Source: Scyliorhinus canicula (taxonomy: Eukaryota). Taken from it: a DNA stretch of 64,000 nt. Every line of letters starts with the position of its first letter. The stretch's first letter is position 1. A program made the position numbers and the translations under genes. Shown here piece by piece: positions 60,245-64,000 of the stretch. The DNA lies in NCBI RefSeq assembly GCF_902713615.1, contig NC_052167.1, positions 22,682,690 through 22,746,689 on the forward strand, given 5' to 3'. The notes beneath the pieces were generated by a model, which was not told the origin of the DNA, did not search any database, and saw nothing but the letters and a program-made list of their open reading frames with translations.

Positions 60245-61045
60245 ATTAGCACTGTTATTTCACAGCGCCAAGGACCCGGGTTGGATTCCCAGCTTGGGTC
60301 GCTGTCTGTGAGGACATAGACATGGAACATACAGTGCAGAAGGAGGCCATTCGGCCCATCGAGTCTGCACCAACCACTTAAGCCATCACTTCCACCCTAT
60401 CCCCGTAACCCACCTAACTTGTTTGGTCACTAAAGGCAATTTACCATGGCCAATCCACCTAACCTGCATGTCTTTGGACTGTGGGAGGAAACCGGAGCAC
60501 CCGGAGGAAACCCACGCAGACACAGGGAGAACGTGCAGACTCATCACAGACAGTGACCCAGCAGGGAATCGAACCTGGGACCCTGGCGCTGTGAAGCCAC
60601 AGTGCTAGCTACTTGTGCTACCGTGCTGTCCAGTCTGCACGTTCTGCCTGTGTCTGCGTGGGTTTCCTCCGGGTGCTCCAGTTTTCTCCCACAGTCCAAA
60701 GATGTGCGGGTTAGGTGGATTGGCCGTGCTAAATTGCCCGTAGTGTAAGGTTAATGGGGAGGATTGTTGGGTTACGGGTATACAGGTTACGTGGGTTTAA
60801 GTAGGGTGATCATTGCTCGGCACAACATCGAGGGCCGAAGGGCCTGTTCTGTGCTGTACTGTTCTATATTCTATCTATAAAAAAAGTCCCAAAGGACGTG
60901 CTTGTTAGGTGAATTGGACATTCTGAATTCTCCCTCTGTGTACCCGAACACGCACTGGAATGTGGCGACGAGGGGATTTTCACAGTAACTTCATTGCAGT
61001 GTTAATGTAAGCCTACTTGTGACACTAATAATGATTATTATTATT
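60245..61045 (+). mobile_element. Composite SINE cluster: head, nested antisense type A copy, V-domain, B tail, then D tail
   Basis: Read directly from the sequence. Confidence 0.8.
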
Positions 61046-61199
61046 AAAAAGAGTTCATGACGCATGGCCACGGTAATGGGACAAGCAAAGAAACAAAACA
61101 TTTGACCAGAGCGGAAAATCATGAACAGCTGCTGTGGTAAAGTAAAGGAGAATGAGAGAAAAATATAAACCAGCAAAGAGAAGGGAAATGATAGAGGGG

Positions 61200-61520
61200 C
61201 CTGGGTTAAGATTGAGCATTGTTGAACTCAATGTTGAATTCAGATGGCTGTAAAGTGGCCATTCGAAAGATGGCGCGCTGTTCCTCGAGCTTGGTTTGAT
61301 CTTCATTGGAACATAGCAGGAGACTGAGGACAGAAAGGTCAGAGAGTGGGAACAAGGTGGAGAATTAAAATGGCAGGCAACTGGAAGCTTGGGGTCATGA
61401 TTGAGGACTGAATAGAGATGTTCGGCAAAGCGGTTCCCGAGTCTGCGTTATGAAGAGGCAACCACATTGTGAGCAGTGAATGATATTGAAAAAAGTACAA
61501 GGAAATTACTGTTTCACTTT
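61200..61520 (-). mobile_element. Penelope GIY-YIG remnant
   Basis: Reverse strand reads RLGNRFAEHLYSV...LPVACHFNS. Confidence 0.65.
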
Positions 61521-63819
61521 CGGCGGTCTTGTCTGGTGATGGCACAGTGGTTAGCACTGCTGCCTCACAGCGCCAGGGACCCAGGTTCGATTCCGGCCTC
61601 GGGTGACTGTGTGGAGTTTGCACCTTCTCCCCATGTCTGCGTGGGTTTCCTCCGGGTGCTCCGGTTTCCTCCCAAGTCCAAAAATGTGCAGGTTAGGTGG
61701 ATTGGACATGATCAATGTACGAGGGCATTGCAGAGAAGTGGATCCAGGTCAGGTGCCCTTTCAGAGGGCCGGTCCAGATTTGATGGGCCAAATGGCGGTC
61801 TTCTGCACTGTTGGGATTCGATGATAAGGGTTAAGGTAAAAGTGCAGCATCTTTTATGGTTTGCGTGGGTGAGGAAGACCCTACGGGTTAGGAGGGTTGT
61901 CCTGGAGTGGGGGGGGGGGTTGGCTGGCACTGCCAAGCATGATGAACTACTACTGGGCAGCGAACATCGCCATGGTTAGCAAATGGGTTGAGGGGGTGGG
62001 ATGGGCCGGCGTGGGATCGGATGGAAGGCGGCATCGTGTAGGAGAACGAGTTTGAGGGCCTTACAGTCAGCGCCAGATATTCTGTGAGCCCAGTGGCGGT
62101 GGCGGCCTCAAGGGTATTTGGGCAGTGGAGGCAGCATTTGGGACTGGAGGGTGCCTCAGTGTGGGCACTGATCTAGGGGAGGGGAGGGGGGGAGGGGGGG
62201 GGGGGGTAAGTGGGCGTTGATGGTTTATAATGTTGTTTGGCTGTTCTGCTTTTGTCTGTTTATATGAAAATGCCTTGAATAAAATGTATATTTTTTGAAA
62301 GTGCAGATGTTGTAGAGGAGCAAGCAGTGAGGATGACCAGTTTAGTGATGTTGGATAAGGGTAAATTCTAGTCATGACCCCTGCTGTGCTTCGAATAGCG
62401 CCATACACTCTTTTGCATCCACTTGAGAGAGATTTGGTTTAAAATTTCTTCTGAGAAATAGTTGGATACTTACTGTACTATGTGTTTATTTTTTAACATT
62501 TCCCCCCCTCTCCTCAAAATATTTAACCCGTCATGAAGTGTGTCCCATGGGCAGCAGAAGGTTTTCTGATCCATTCCTCAAAGCTCAGCTCTGAGCCCAG
62601 ATAAAGAATATCAGACTATTTGACTAATTGAGGCATCACAGCTGAGCTTAGCCCTCCTCGTCCGCTGTCAAACTGCAGTGGTGCCTTACTAACCACCTAG
62701 AGTTCAAATTTCATTGTGTTTTTCAAACCCATCAACCCTATCTGAGGCCATTCTATCACTCAACACCATTGGACCTGGAATTAAAGCAGGGTCTTTCACC
62801 TTCCCGTGGGCTCTTACTGCTTGAGCTGGGAGCCCCTTGGCTGGCTTTCAGTCACCACCTTGACAGCATTAGTTCCCAGGTTTATTGTTGGAAAAGTAAC
62901 TTTTAACAGGAGGACCACGTTAAGCTTGCTGCTTCCCTGCTAGCAAACCAACTTCCGAAAATGAAGACTGAATAAACACTGTCAAGACTGTCATTTCAGC
63001 TTTCCACCTGAACCAATTGAAAGCTAGGGAAGAACCTCCTGTCCAATTCTGTGGTTAACCACTCACCCACGCACAGACGCCAAAATAGAATAGCATCCCT
63101 AAAGTGCAGAAGGCGGCCATTCAGCCCCATCGAGTCTGCAATGACCCTCCAAAAGAGCACTCTGTCTAGGCCCAATCCCCTGCCCTATCCCCGTAACCTG
63201 CACCCAATCCAAGCCCACACCTCCACCCCAACCCAGCAACCCCACTTAACGTTTGGACACTATGGGGCAATTTAGTGTGGCAAATCCTCCTAACCTGCAC
63301 ATCTTTGGACTGTGGAGGAAACTGGAACACCCGGAGGAAACCCACGCAGACACTGGGAGAACGTGCAGACTCTGCACAGACCCAAGCCGGGAATCGAATC
63401 CGGGTCCCTGGCGCTGTGAAGCAGCAGTGCTAACCACTGTGCTACCATGTCGCCCGTTTGTTTATAATTTAGAAAAGTGCACTATTCTCATTGACTGTAT
63501 TTTTCAAGAGAGTGTATTTGTGTGTGTTCAGTCTTTGGGGTGAACACGTGAATAAGCAATCCTCTTTGTTTAAATCCGCAAAAAACTTGCTGCTGTTTTT
63601 GATACTCGGGTTATGAAACACACACGTCTTCATTTCTGAAAACCGCTGATTAGACAGTAAGGGAAGGGAAAAGAGATTTCAGTTCTCTCTCATCCCTGGA
63701 CCGTATCACCACACTCAAAAAGAAACATTCTCTTCTGCATTTGGCTACCCACGTGTTTCCTTCATGTCAGAGTTGACACGGTAATGCTAGCCAGCCATGA
63801 AAATGGAAAAAAAAATGAT

Positions 63820-64000
63820 TCCCAGCTGGGTCACTGTCTGTGTGGAGTCTGCACGTCCTCCCCCTGTGTGCGTGGGTTTCCTCCGGGTGCTCCGGTTTCC
63901 TCCCACAGTCCAAAGATGTGCGGGTTAGGTGGATTGGCCATGCTAAATTGCCTGTAGTGTCCTAATAAAAGTAAGGTTAAGGGGGGGGTTGTTGGGTTAC
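63820..64000 (+). mobile_element. V-SINE, truncated by the window end
   Basis: V-domain consensus. Confidence 0.85.

Overview
Vertebrate genomic DNA, almost certainly from a shark (a catshark-like elasmobranch, inferred from the HE1-type V-SINEs, DeuSINEs and CR1 LINEs). It carries two recognisable genes head-to-head with start codons only 693 bp apart. The first is the complete 5-exon ndufb8 (complex I subunit, minus strand, 14138-29249, 188 aa). The second is the first two exons of hif1an/FIH (plus strand, 29943-30074 and 59329-59573), separated by a 29 kb intron. A second CpG island at about 5.8-6.3 kb has minus-strand splice donors and is probably the non-coding first exon of the next gene (sec31b by vertebrate synteny; inferred). 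The rest is a 5.8 kb G-rich minisatellite, 21-bp and 27-bp minisatellites, dozens of SINEs, CR1, L1, Rex1/Babar, RTE and Penelope remnants, solo LTRs and one degenerate Gypsy provirus with both LTRs, PBS, PPT and TSD. The most notable observations are: (i) Penelope-derived mini-elements carrying minimal hammerhead ribozymes, one as a back-to-back inverted pair; (ii) one V-SINE core with four interchangeable 3' tails, some matching LINEs in the window, including a locus that looks like a tail swap; (iii) a repeat array with CTCF-like sites and in-frame upstream ATGs inside the ndufb8/hif1an bidirectional promoter; (iv) an exactly 47-bp-phased YY1-like motif array. All long Gly/Pro-rich ORFs are repeat artefacts. 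Exon boundaries were read by hand; repeat boundaries are approximate.
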